Below are positions 1 through 9,751 of a stretch of DNA of 33,459 nucleotides, one piece after another. The stretch's first letter is position 1. Every line of letters starts with the position of its first letter. The translations under genes were made by a program, and so were the position numbers. Where the stretch lies: NCBI GenBank assembly GCA_964460725.1, contig CAYWSF010000001.1:13488-46946 (forward strand), given 5' to 3'. Source of the DNA: an uncultured Desulfosporosinus sp. (GTDB taxonomy: Bacteria > Bacillota > Desulfitobacteriia > Desulfitobacteriales > Desulfitobacteriaceae). Below the pieces are notes generated by a model, which saw only the letters and a list, made by a program, of their open reading frames with translations, was not told where the DNA came from and searched no databases.

Positions 1-125
1 AGCTGTATGGGAACATGCCGCAGCTGTATGGGAACATGCCGCAGCTGTATGGGAATATGCCGCAGCTGTATGGGAATATGCAGCAGTCGCACGGGAATAT
101 GCAGCAGTTGCCTGGGGATATGCCG
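1..125 (+). repeat. 21-bp coding tandem repeat (atgccgcagctgtatgggaay; MPQLYGN)
   Basis: Near-identical units at 15-35, 36-56 and 57-77; degenerate units at 78-98 and 99-119; partial unit at 1-14. Confidence 0.95.
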
Positions 126-1403
126 CCGGTTACGCTTAAGAGCGGCGAAAGGGCTGCCGATAAGCGAAAGCAGCGGGATGATGAAGAGTTACAGCAGCTG
201 GATTTGGTAGTAAAATCCCGGAATGTGATAGATGCTGTGATAGATGCTCAGACCAGGCTAATCTATGGTAAGCCGATTAGTGGAAATAGAAAGGGATTTT
301 TCGAGGGATACAGCCCGGTGAACCTGCCGACAACCGGTTTGGAATACAAAGAAACAGCTCCCGGAAGTATAGGAAGTATTATCAGGCCAGGATACCAAAA
401 ACAGGGTTCCCAGCTGGCAGAACAGTTGGTTCGGAACGTATTTAAGACATTAACGGAAAAACACCTGGAAAGATATATGCTTGCCAAAGAAAGGTTTGAA
501 AGAGCTATCAGCGAGAATCCTTTCTTTAAGCAAACGGAAAGAGAAAAAAACGGCCTGCTTGAAAGTTATATAAACTTTAAAGCAGAGCTTTCCGATATAA
601 AGAAAACTTGGTCGTCGCCAAGCGTCGGCCGGGGATGGCCGAGTGTTCCTGCAGTCTGGCCTGAAACAGGACTAACATGGTTAGTAACGCCGTTAGGAAT
701 GGCAGGAATGGCCGGGCGTCGCGGCAGCGGGAAGGGACCTGAAATCCCGAGAGTTGCCGGTGAGGATGGTCAGCCTGCCTTGAGAATACCGACGACAAGG
801 GTCGAATACTCTTCTTCCCTGAAAGTACCAGATGGTCTAAATTTCTGGAGAATTGTAGAAAAAGTGTTTTCTCGCAGTATGGCAGGAAAACAGATCTTGG
901 AAATACATAAGCGGGGGTATTCCAGGATACGGGAGCGGGAGGAAAGGGCACAACTTCAGAGAACAAAGAGTGCGCGTAAAGCACTAACCAATATTACCCG
1001 GCAGGAAGACATGATCAAGCAGAGGGAAAGCAAGCAATTGGTGTTGAAACTCCTGCAGAATCAAGAGCACGTTGTACTTTCCGGCAATGTAAAATTTCAG
1101 GACAGCAGAGCCGGTGGGCTGGAATTGGTCATCCCGACACCACCTTCTGCGGCACTGAATTATTCGTCAGGGTATAACAAAAATATGCCGCCTATTACGT
1201 ATAAAAGCAGCGAAAGGGTACCTGAAAAGCAGCGAGAGCTGGTAGTGAAATCTTTGAATACTCCTACAGATTCCCAAACCAGGACAATCAAGAAATCCGT
1301 CGATCTGGATTTGAATTCCACACAACTGAGTAATCTGGTGGACAAGGTATATGCTCAACTGGAATCCAGGCTTGCCTGGGAACGGAGACGTTATGGTTAC
1401 TAA
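1..1403 (+). CDS. 5'-truncated eCIS-associated low-complexity protein with MPQLYGN repeats and a conserved C-terminal motif
   Basis: Frame is open from the window edge (ctg tat ggg aac precede ATG 15), so the true start is probably upstream. The C-terminus LSNLVDKVYAQLESRLAWERRRYG resembles the 'LxdxVYxxLexRLxxERxRxG' ending I recognise in proteins preceding tube-initiator genes in eCIS loci. Confidence 0.6.
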   Translation, partial: LYGNMPQLYGNMPQLYGNMPQLYGNMQQSHGNMQQLPGDMPPVTLKSGERAADKRKQRDDEELQQLDLVVKSRNVIDAVIDAQTRLIYGKPISGNRKGFFEGYSPVNLPTTGLEYKETAPGSIGSIIRPGYQKQGSQLAEQLVRNVFKTLTEKHLERYMLAKERFERAISENPFFKQTEREKNGLLESYINFKAELSDIKKTWSSPSVGRGWPSVPAVWPETGLTWLVTPLGMAGMAGRRGSGKGPEIPRVAGEDGQPALRIPTTRVEYSSSLKVPDGLNFWRIVEKVFSRSMAGKQILEIHKRGYSRIREREERAQLQRTKSARKALTNITRQEDMIKQRESKQLVLKLLQNQEHVVLSGNVKFQDSRAGGLELVIPTPPSAALNYSSGYNKNMPPITYKSSERVPEKQRELVVKSLNTPTDSQTRTIKKSVDLDLNSTQLSNLVDKVYAQLESRLAWERRRYGY

Positions 1404-1444
1404 AGTGAAGGAATTCTGCACGTTAAGCAAAGGAGACAACAGAT

Positions 1445-2104
1445 ATGCTGGGCATGACTAAAGCGTCAATAAAAGTAGGGGATAAGGAATATAAATGTCT
1501 GTACAATCCGTCCGATTTGAAGATAACTAGGACGGTCGAACATACTGAAAAAAAAATATTGGGCCATGGATTCCCAAAATTGCAGTATACACATGCTAAT
1601 TCAGCAATATTAACCTTCAAGCTGTTTTTTGATACCTACTCCGCAGGGATTGAGACAGGGAATCCTGATTTGGAGACTAACAATGCGCTGGTAACCGAAT
1701 CGAAACCGGCTGTAACCAAGTATACCGATGATATTGTCAAACTGGTGGAGATAGACTCTGAGAAGCATGAACCTCCTGAGGTGATTTTCGAATGGGGAGA
1801 AAACCAGTTTAAAGGTTATATTATTCAAATAGTTGAGGTTTACACCCTGTTTTCCCCTTCGGGCATACCGTTAAGAGCAACTCTGGATATTACCATGAAA
1901 TCAAGTGAGGAAAAAAAAATAGTGCTTAATTCTGCGGATCGAACCAAGCACCGGGCCGTGAAAAGTGGAGAAATGCTTTACAGCTTCGCTCATACCGCAT
2001 ACGGGGATTGTGCGGAGTGGAGAAGAATTGCCGAGGTCAATGGGATTGACAATCCCCGCCTGCTTAAATCGGGAGAGAGCATCGTGATTCCGGCAATCAT
2101 TTGA
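1445..2104 (+). CDS. CIS tube-initiator protein (Afp7/Pvc7-like) with C-terminal LysM domain
   Basis: Motifs YNPSDLKITR, LTFKLFFDTY, PPEVIFEWG and LFSPSGIPLRATLDITM. LysM-like VKSGEMLYSFA..AYGD..EWRRIAEVNGIDNPRLLKSGESIVIP. RBS aaggag upstream. Confidence 0.9.
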   Translation: MLGMTKASIKVGDKEYKCLYNPSDLKITRTVEHTEKKILGHGFPKLQYTHANSAILTFKLFFDTYSAGIETGNPDLETNNALVTESKPAVTKYTDDIVKLVEIDSEKHEPPEVIFEWGENQFKGYIIQIVEVYTLFSPSGIPLRATLDITMKSSEEKKIVLNSADRTKHRAVKSGEMLYSFAHTAYGDCAEWRRIAEVNGIDNPRLLKSGESIVIPAII

Positions 2105-2130
2105 GTTGATTATTTTTTGGGGTTGGTACA

Positions 2131-3252
2131 ATGGCATTAAAATTTAGCGCTATAGAAGAAAAATATCAGGGCATGAAAGTTCCGGATGCTTCCATTAATG
2201 TTGATGGCAAAGATATTAATGAAACTGACTTCCCTATTCATGAGATAAATGTGCTTATGTCAGCAGGTTTTGATATGAGTTCCTGCGAAATTACCCTGGC
2301 AGCAGAATTTGATGAAGTGAACCACAAATTTGAGAAAGATGTCCTCGGTACGTTCAAGCCCGGCAAGGTAGTAATTGTTAAGATGGGCTACAGCGGAAGT
2401 ACCTTACAAGGAGTGTTTAAAGGTTATATTAATTCTCTTTCTTTTGATTTCAACACTATGAAAGAGGGATTATTTGTCATAGTCAAGTGCCTGGATGCCA
2501 AGGGGGCGCTTGTCAACAACAAGACTTGGGTAAATTATGGCAAAAAGGATATTAAGACTATCGTGAAAAGTATTCTTACTGAGAAGTGCGGCAGTTTTGC
2601 TACTATCTCGGGAGTAGAGTCTGACTTTGATGCGGGGAAGTCGGGAGGTTATGAGGAGAGCCCGGAGATTAAGGAAAACCTGGATGACTACCATTATGTG
2701 ATTAGGTTTGCGGAAAAAACGAATAACTCTTTTTGTGTTATTAATGATACTTTATATTTTTCCGAGAACCTGGCTCAGAAGAATACAGAACCTACGGTTG
2801 AATTGTCCTGGGGAGAGAGTGTGTTGAGTCTCGTTACTGAAATTGACCTATCCCATCAGGTTGGGGCTGTGCAGGTTTATGGCAATGACCCTATTAATCA
2901 GGTGTCCTTTGCCGCCAAGGCGGAACCTGCTGCCGGCACCGGAGAGAGCGGTGCAGATATGGCCAGCCTGGTAAAAAGTAAAACCATGGTAGTTATGAAC
3001 CCCTATATAATCAATCAAAGCCAGGCGGACGCATTGGCAAAGTCTAAGATGGCAGCTTATTCAGCAAAGCTTATTCGTTGCCAGGGCAAATCTGTGGGAA
3101 TTCCTGATATCATTGCCGGAGACAAGATCAAGTTATCTGGAATGGGGAAAGGAGTAGACGGGGTTTACTTTCTAACCCATGTCTCTCACCGAATAGATGC
3201 AAATGGATACACTACATCCTTTGAAGGCTATGCTTCAAGAGTGGGAACCTAA
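2131..3252 (+). CDS. Baseplate hub, phage late control D / gp27-like (N-terminal half of VgrG/Afp8)
   Basis: VIVKMGY..VFKGYINSL, ENLDDYHYVIRFAEK, and C-terminal GKSVGIPDIIAGDKIKLSGMGKGVDGVYFLTHVSHRIDANGYTTSF typical of GpD. Confidence 0.9.
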   Translation: MALKFSAIEEKYQGMKVPDASINVDGKDINETDFPIHEINVLMSAGFDMSSCEITLAAEFDEVNHKFEKDVLGTFKPGKVVIVKMGYSGSTLQGVFKGYINSLSFDFNTMKEGLFVIVKCLDAKGALVNNKTWVNYGKKDIKTIVKSILTEKCGSFATISGVESDFDAGKSGGYEESPEIKENLDDYHYVIRFAEKTNNSFCVINDTLYFSENLAQKNTEPTVELSWGESVLSLVTEIDLSHQVGAVQVYGNDPINQVSFAAKAEPAAGTGESGADMASLVKSKTMVVMNPYIINQSQADALAKSKMAAYSAKLIRCQGKSVGIPDIIAGDKIKLSGMGKGVDGVYFLTHVSHRIDANGYTTSFEGYASRVGT

Positions 3253-3281
3253 TTGCGATAGAGTAATCCGGAGGTAAAGGT

Positions 3282-4040
3282 ATGTCACTGTTAGATCAAC
3301 TCAGCTTACCGAATGAAAGGCAGGACAGAATCCAGACAGCGCGGATGGGAGTTACACTGGCGATTGTAACCAATATCAATGACCCGCAAAAACTTGATCG
3401 CGTACGCTGTAAGTTTATTACTAAAAATGAAGAAGCCTTGGAATTGGATTGGGCTTATGTCATGACACCTTTCGGGGGAAAAGAATGTGGCTTTTACTTT
3501 ATGCCTAATGTTGATGATCTGGTTTTGGTGGCTTTTGAGGATGGAGATATCCGCCGGCCAATTATTATTGGCGGCTTATGGGGTAAATTGGTAGAATCTC
3601 CCCTGAAATTGCAAGATGGCAAGAACGAGACCTATCTGATCAAGACGCCCAATCAAAGCAGCATCGAACTGGCGGATAAAAAAGGGGAAGAGACCATAAC
3701 CATAAAGACTCCCAAGGAACGAAAAGTCGTCTTGAATGATAAGGAAAAGTTGATAGAGCTGTCGGATGGCGACAACAGTATATCTATGAATGGAAATAGC
3801 GGAGAAGTAAAAATCAAGTGTAAGAGTAAATTGACTATTGAAGTGGGAAGCGGCAATACGATCACGATTGATGGCACGGGAGGAACCGTAAAAATTGCTG
3901 GGGCTCAGTCCGTCAATATCGAGGCTATCCAGGTCAATGTCACTGCCAAAGCGACAGCAACCGTTAAGGGCAATGCCCAGGTTAATATCGAAGGCGGAGG
4001 CATGACTGCCGTGAAAGGCGGCATAGTGAAGATAAATTAG
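3282..4040 (+). CDS. Spike protein, baseplate assembly protein V / gp5 OB-fold plus beta-helix
   Basis: AIVTNINDPQKLDRVRCKF, W.YVMTPFGG..CGFYFMPNVDDLVLVAFEDGDIRRPIIIGGLW, followed by short beta-strand repeats ending GGIVKIN. RBS ggagg. Confidence 0.93.
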   Translation: MSLLDQLSLPNERQDRIQTARMGVTLAIVTNINDPQKLDRVRCKFITKNEEALELDWAYVMTPFGGKECGFYFMPNVDDLVLVAFEDGDIRRPIIIGGLWGKLVESPLKLQDGKNETYLIKTPNQSSIELADKKGEETITIKTPKERKVVLNDKEKLIELSDGDNSISMNGNSGEVKIKCKSKLTIEVGSGNTITIDGTGGTVKIAGAQSVNIEAIQVNVTAKATATVKGNAQVNIEGGGMTAVKGGIVKIN

Positions 4041-4052
4041 GAGGGGTATGGT

Positions 4053-4472
4053 ATGTCGTCCGAGCTGGATGCTAAAAGCTTTCTTGGCCGGGGTTTTAAA
4101 TTTCCTATCTCGGTAGACAAGCAGACCGGCAAGATTGCCATGGTAGAACATGAAGAGGATATCCGGGAAGCCATTGAGATTATTCTAAAAACAAATCTCG
4201 GGGAACGGGTAATGCGGCCAGAGTTCGGCTCGAATACCAGCGACTTTGTTTTTGCCGTAAACAGGTTGGAGAGTGTTGCCGCTTTTAAGTTGGGTATATT
4301 AAACGCTCTTGAAGAGTTTGAGCCGCGCATTAAAGATATCAAGGTGGAGATCAATAATGATGACGGAGATAAAAGCACTGTCATTGTCAATATCCAGTAT
4401 GTAGTAAGAACAACAAACAATCTTTATAACATGGTTTATCCATTTTATATTATGGAAGGGGCAGGAGCATGA
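4053..4472 (+). CDS. GPW/gp25 family baseplate protein (Afp9-like)
   Basis: FLGRGFKFP, DIREAIEIILKTNLGERVMRPEFGS, LEEFEPRI, NMVYPFY. Confidence 0.95.
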   Translation: MSSELDAKSFLGRGFKFPISVDKQTGKIAMVEHEEDIREAIEIILKTNLGERVMRPEFGSNTSDFVFAVNRLESVAAFKLGILNALEEFEPRIKDIKVEINNDDGDKSTVIVNIQYVVRTTNNLYNMVYPFYIMEGAGA

Positions 4473-7400
4473 ATAATCTACCCCTGATCGATTCCAGAAA
4501 AACTGCCGATATCATTAAGGCTATCAAACATAAAGCACTGGTATACACTCCCGAATGGAAATATGAGCCGGACGAGATGGATGGGGGAGCTGCCCTGGCG
4601 GAATTGTTCGCTCAAATGTTCGGCGAGACCATTGATAGGCTGAATAGCGTATCTTACAAGCATTATATTGAGTTTCTGAATCTTTTGGAGGTTTCCTCTC
4701 AATCCATTAACCCTTCTACAGGCATGGCTTTATTTGAATTGTCGGAGGGGAGTGAAAGGAGCGTCCCTGTAAAGAAAGGCACTCAACTGTACCGTGATCC
4801 CACAGATGAACAGCCAAAGGATGAGAATGGTCGGGTAATATTTGAAACGGAAACTAATTTTATAGCTACCCCCGCTAAAATTATTGACATATTTTCAGTT
4901 AATCCACGTCATGATCTAATTGAAAAAGTGGATTTGGAGCTATCTCCGGTGAGATTTTTCGATCCGTCATTTGAGAGGAATATCCAACAACATCGTTTTG
5001 CTCTGACCTGTAATGACGTTTTTAACTTAAAAAGCCCTGCAAGTATTGTTCTAAGTCTTGAAAACACCATTTTAGGCTATTTGAATGAAGAATATTTAAC
5101 CCGTTTGGCAGATCCCGCCTTCACAAAGTGGTCATTTTTTGATGGCAATCGGCAGTGCCCTTTTGACAGGGTTTTTGCTAAGGATGGCAAACTGCATCTT
5201 ATAAAAGATAATCACTTTCCCCTCTGCGCCTGGCAGTTGGAGGAGGAAGCCGGAGAACCAGGTGAACAGCTATGGGTCAATTGTGATATGAAATCGGACG
5301 GAATGTCAGATGAGATCGTAATGAATAAGATCCGGGTCGGCAGTGCCTCCCTTCATGAAGAAAAGCAGTATATACATATAAGACCGCAGCAGATGTATGC
5401 CAATGATATTATCCTTGATCCGGAGGAGGGCGGATATTGTTTTGGCAAACAGCTCATGCCCTATGATTGTTTTTATATAGCTTCTGATGAGGTATTTTCC
5501 AAACGGAATGCCCGCGTGAATATAGAATTCAATATAAAAACTGTAGTGCGCCAGATAGGGAGCCTTCAAGACACGCCTCAATATAATTTCAATCGGAAAT
5601 ATATTGTAGAAAAGGAAGAGCCCCAGTTAGTTACTCCGGATCCGGTATTTATCTCACGAATTGTCTGGGAATATTGGAACGGGTTGGGGTGGGCCCATTT
5701 GAGTGTGGAAGGGGATTTGAATCCTTTTCATGACCAGGAGACTTCTTTTAAAAAGCATATTTCGTTCCAGTGCCCGTCAGATATGACCGACAGTTTGCAA
5801 AATTCCCTTAAAAATTACTGGATTCGAGCGCGCGTAGTGGAGGTCGAGAACCCATTCTCCTTGTATGCCAATCTGCTATTACCATACGTTGAGTCAGTTT
5901 CTATGGATTTTGACTACATGGATGCGCTGCAGCCGGTGGAATGGGTTTATTCGGAAAATAACTGTGAAAAAGTTATTTATCCCACTCCGGATTCTTTTAC
6001 ATCCATGCTGCTGTTCCAGCCTTTGAAGGAGAAAGCCCATGCGGTATACTTTGCTTTTGACCTGCCCCCTGCCGGTTATCCGGTGAACTTCTACATCCGG
6101 ACTGAAGGACAGGTCAATAACAGGAGGGTCTTGAGTTTTGAGTATCTGGCCAAGGATGTCAAGGGGGAAGGGGCCTGGCGCGAGCTTAAAGTGAATGACC
6201 GGACAGATGGCTTTAATGAGGATGGAATCGTTTCTGTCTATGCTCCGCCTGATTTTCTTAAGAACAGGGTTTTTGGTCAGGAGGGTTATTGGCTCCGAAT
6301 TGTGGACATGAATCTAAAATTTACTAAAACCACAGATTCCTGTCCGGTGGTGCAGAAGGTAATTCCCAATGTGGTCGAGATTGTTCAAAAACAGACAATC
6401 TTAAGAGAAATGTATCAGGCCCGGATCTTTGAAGCCGGGAAGGAAATAATCCTGACAAATCGTCCTGTCCTGGAATGCCATTTATGGGTCAATGAGATAA
6501 GGAATATTGCTAAAGCAGAAATGTTGCTGCTGGCGGAAAAAAAGCCGGATTCCGTAGATATTCAATATAACAGCGCGGGGTATATAAGTGAGTTTTGGGT
6601 TAAATGGGAGTGCTGCAATTCTTTTATAAATTCCCAGCCGGACAGTCGTCATTATAGGCTCGATAGTTCTACCGGCGTAATCACATTTGGGGATGGCAAT
6701 CGAGGAAAGGTACCATCTATGGGGGAGAATGCCAATATCCGAGTCGACTATAACTTTGGCGGCGGTAAGCGCGGAAATGTGCCGGAAGGCAGTATTGATG
6801 GCCTGCTGGTGAGCCTCCCTTACGTAGATCGGGTCACCAATATCGAAATGACTTGCGGCGGCAGTGACAAACACGACCTAAAAACTTTGGAATATGTCGG
6901 GCCGTTAAAACTTCGTCACCGCGGGCGTGCCGTGACAATCTCGGATTATGAGAGCATCGTGCTGGAACAATTCCCGGAAATAAGGGATGTAAAGTGCATT
7001 TCAAATTATGACAAATTTGGACAGCAAGCCTGGGGATATGTAACCCTGGTAGTTTTACCTTATGATATCGAAAACAGAAGTTATAGCTTAAAACTATGCA
7101 AAAAGATAGAAAATTACCTTTCCGATCGGATAAGCTGTGAACTAATGGCTGGCGGTCGATTTTCCACCATACCGGCTGTGATCATGAAGATTAATGTCAC
7201 AGTAACCGTATCGGTAGAAGATTATGAGAATGCTGCAGAAACGGAAAGGCAAGTAACGGAGGCCTTAACAGGATTTTTAAATCCGGGCATCTCCGGCAGT
7301 GATCGCTTATGGATCGAAAAAGTTCCGAAAACTGCGGATATATATAATATAATTAAAAAGATTCCCAACATAGCCGGCATACAGGAGGTTATCCTTGAGG

Positions 7401-7507
7401 GCCGTTACTATGAAGGCAATGTGCTTAAAGTGGTGCCGCTGGGGGAACGGTTTATGTTGAGATATGTGGTGGTCATAAGCGGAGAACATACTGTAAAAAT
7501 ATTCTAA
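4469..7507 (+). CDS. Baseplate J/gp6-like wedge protein (Afp11-like), 1012 aa
   Basis: P.IDSR..YTPEW..DGGAALAELFA, WEYWNG.GW, TFGDGNRGKVP, Y..GGGKRGNV, LRHRGRAVTISDYE. ATGA overlap with gp25. Confidence 0.9.
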   Translation: MNNLPLIDSRKTADIIKAIKHKALVYTPEWKYEPDEMDGGAALAELFAQMFGETIDRLNSVSYKHYIEFLNLLEVSSQSINPSTGMALFELSEGSERSVPVKKGTQLYRDPTDEQPKDENGRVIFETETNFIATPAKIIDIFSVNPRHDLIEKVDLELSPVRFFDPSFERNIQQHRFALTCNDVFNLKSPASIVLSLENTILGYLNEEYLTRLADPAFTKWSFFDGNRQCPFDRVFAKDGKLHLIKDNHFPLCAWQLEEEAGEPGEQLWVNCDMKSDGMSDEIVMNKIRVGSASLHEEKQYIHIRPQQMYANDIILDPEEGGYCFGKQLMPYDCFYIASDEVFSKRNARVNIEFNIKTVVRQIGSLQDTPQYNFNRKYIVEKEEPQLVTPDPVFISRIVWEYWNGLGWAHLSVEGDLNPFHDQETSFKKHISFQCPSDMTDSLQNSLKNYWIRARVVEVENPFSLYANLLLPYVESVSMDFDYMDALQPVEWVYSENNCEKVIYPTPDSFTSMLLFQPLKEKAHAVYFAFDLPPAGYPVNFYIRTEGQVNNRRVLSFEYLAKDVKGEGAWRELKVNDRTDGFNEDGIVSVYAPPDFLKNRVFGQEGYWLRIVDMNLKFTKTTDSCPVVQKVIPNVVEIVQKQTILREMYQARIFEAGKEIILTNRPVLECHLWVNEIRNIAKAEMLLLAEKKPDSVDIQYNSAGYISEFWVKWECCNSFINSQPDSRHYRLDSSTGVITFGDGNRGKVPSMGENANIRVDYNFGGGKRGNVPEGSIDGLLVSLPYVDRVTNIEMTCGGSDKHDLKTLEYVGPLKLRHRGRAVTISDYESIVLEQFPEIRDVKCISNYDKFGQQAWGYVTLVVLPYDIENRSYSLKLCKKIENYLSDRISCELMAGGRFSTIPAVIMKINVTVTVSVEDYENAAETERQVTEALTGFLNPGISGSDRLWIEKVPKTADIYNIIKKIPNIAGIQEVILEGRYYEGNVLKVVPLGERFMLRYVVVISGEHTVKIF

Positions 7508-7513
7508 AGGGAA

Positions 7514-9700
7514 ATGAGACGATGTCCGTTGCTTACTTTACCGAATTATGATGATCAAAACTTTCAAGATATCATGGAATTAGCCAAACGCCGCATTCCT
7601 GTGCTCTATCCCCAATGGACGGATATGAATGAGCACGATCCGGGAATTACCATTCTGGAGCTTTTTGCCTGGCTCAAGGAAATGCAGCAGTACCATTTGA
7701 ATAGAATAACCACCCAAGGTTATGAAAACATGCTGGCTTTATTGGGAACTGCTGTGGGCGAACCGGCGGCAGCTAATACCTGGCTAGTCCTTCCGGATAT
7801 TATTCAGGGTTCCCTGCCACAGGGCATGCGCTTTAAGGCACTGGGGGATATTATTTTCGAATGTCCGGACACCGTGGAGTTTAACGGCTTTATAATTTCG
7901 AACATTTATATAAATGACGGTACGGAGTTCAAGGATGTTCAGGAAATCATCCGGGAACCGGAACTATATTGCCACCCCTTTGGGACCAAACCGGTGGAAG
8001 GCGAAAGTGCCTTGTATTTAGGTGTAGATCTGTTGGACCAAAATAGGGAATTCAGATTGTTTCTTCAGTTTGATAATAGTTTCCCCATCCCGAGAAATCC
8101 TTTTAAGGAGAATTCCCCTATCCCGAGAAATATTGTATGGGAATATGGGACAGCGGGTGAAAATGGTTTGGAATTTAAAGCGGTAGAAATAAAATATGAC
8201 AGAACCTATGGTTTCTCCCAGTCCGGAAAAATCCGCTTCAGAATTGGTGAGGAGGCAGGCCAGGTAAGCCCTGCCGCCGGGCTTCCTAAGTGTTGCTGGC
8301 TGCGTGCCCGCCTCCTGAGAAGAGGTTGTGAAGAGAATCCCCGGCTAATGAGTATTTTTAAGAACCCAATTCAGGTCACTCAAAAGAGGACTATTTGCGA
8401 AACCCTTGCTTTTACATTAACTGAGAATGAAGGAGAGGCTTTGCTGGAGCTGCGTACCTGGCTGGCATTGCATGGACGACATACCGTGTTTGTCCGTGAT
8501 CTGTCAGGCTGGAAGATCCATTATGATATCCTTGTCCGGATACAAAGCGAAGATAATGATCAAGTTGCTGTCCTGAAGCTTGCTAATCTGCCGCAGGAAT
8601 TGGTTAGAGACGGGTCTGAAAATATCCGGGTCTTATGCTATGAAACTGATTGCGGTGAATCACTGGTGTTTGCAGGTTCAAATGGACTGCCGGGTCAGAG
8701 GTTTCCTCTGCAGTTCCAGGATACGATCCTCAGAGAGCAGCTTTCCCTGATGGTGTATGAAGAAACTGAACAAGGGCTGAAAAGCTGGATGGATTGGGAA
8801 TTTATTCCCAAGTTATCCAAGGCCGGGCCTTTTGGCCGCTATTTTACATATGACCTTGCCAATCAGGAAATCGTTTTTGGAGATAATGAACAAGGTGCCG
8901 TACCTCAAGCAGGTGATAACAATATCATCGTAACAAGATGTGTTACCAGCAGGGGGAGTAAGGGAAATATCGTCAGTGGGAGCTTTGAACTTGTGGAACA
9001 GGGCACTATGCGGTGTATGCCATTTAATCCGGTTCCGGTATCAGGAGGAAGGGATGCAGAAAATATCAAAGAAGCCGTTGAACGGGTCAAAGATTCGCTG
9101 AAACAAGTGGTCAAAGCAGTGACAGTCGCTGATTTTGAAGAGTTGGCTACCGCAACACCGGGACTGCGGATTATGGGCGTTAAAGCGATACCTTTCTATG
9201 ATCCTGACAGCAATGTAGCCGGAGACAAACAGGCACCGGCTACCGTAACGGTTGTTGTCCTTCCCTACAACGAAGATTCATTCCCGCTGCCGGATGAACA
9301 GTTTCTGAAGACGATTAGAGATCACCTGGAAGAATACCGGTTAATTACCACAAATGTTAAGGTCATCGGGCCTGTGTACATTAAGATCTCAGTTTATGCA
9401 GAGGTTGTCCTGGAATATAACGCCGTAGAAGGCAGTGAAACGATGATTGAGGCTGCCATCATAGCATATTTCGAAGCCGTTAGGAAGGGAATACCGGAAG
9501 GGAAGCCGGGATTTGGCGAGCCGGTACGCGAAAATATTATAGCGATGCGAATCGGTACCCTGCCGGGGATTGAATATGTTAAAAAAGTTACTTTAAGTGT
9601 TCGGAATAACGATAGTTATAAGGACAAGTACGGCAATATAATAATACCTCCACATGGGCTTCCCTATCTAGGAGATTTGCAAATCCGTACATTAAGTTGA
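7514..9700 (+). CDS. Second baseplate J-like assembly protein
   Basis: LPNYDDQNF..RRIP..PQWTDMNEHDPGITILELFAWL, GSNGLPGQRF, IVFGDNEQGAVP, GGRDAE, KAVTVADFEELA, LEEYRLITTNVKV. The start may be the TTG five codons downstream. Confidence 0.9.
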   Translation: MRRCPLLTLPNYDDQNFQDIMELAKRRIPVLYPQWTDMNEHDPGITILELFAWLKEMQQYHLNRITTQGYENMLALLGTAVGEPAAANTWLVLPDIIQGSLPQGMRFKALGDIIFECPDTVEFNGFIISNIYINDGTEFKDVQEIIREPELYCHPFGTKPVEGESALYLGVDLLDQNREFRLFLQFDNSFPIPRNPFKENSPIPRNIVWEYGTAGENGLEFKAVEIKYDRTYGFSQSGKIRFRIGEEAGQVSPAAGLPKCCWLRARLLRRGCEENPRLMSIFKNPIQVTQKRTICETLAFTLTENEGEALLELRTWLALHGRHTVFVRDLSGWKIHYDILVRIQSEDNDQVAVLKLANLPQELVRDGSENIRVLCYETDCGESLVFAGSNGLPGQRFPLQFQDTILREQLSLMVYEETEQGLKSWMDWEFIPKLSKAGPFGRYFTYDLANQEIVFGDNEQGAVPQAGDNNIIVTRCVTSRGSKGNIVSGSFELVEQGTMRCMPFNPVPVSGGRDAENIKEAVERVKDSLKQVVKAVTVADFEELATATPGLRIMGVKAIPFYDPDSNVAGDKQAPATVTVVVLPYNEDSFPLPDEQFLKTIRDHLEEYRLITTNVKVIGPVYIKISVYAEVVLEYNAVEGSETMIEAAIIAYFEAVRKGIPEGKPGFGEPVRENIIAMRIGTLPGIEYVKKVTLSVRNNDSYKDKYGNIIIPPHGLPYLGDLQIRTLS

Positions 9701-9751
9701 AGTAAATATTAATACAAACTGGGCTTAATGTATTTAGGAGGTGAGTTAAGG

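Noticed and set aside
1-125. Possible CRISPR array
   Set aside because: Units are contiguous 21-mers with no spacers, they are in frame within a CDS, and no cas genes are present.
7-210. Cys-rich 67-aa ORF (MGTCRSC repeats) resembling a metallothionein or RiPP precursor
   Set aside because: It is an alternate-frame reading of the 21-bp repeat inside the longer ORF, and no modification enzymes are nearby.
8081-8131. Direct repeat atcccgagaaat at 33-bp spacing (PIPRN twice)
   Set aside because: A short in-frame duplication in a baseplate gene with no sign of a mobile or regulatory role.
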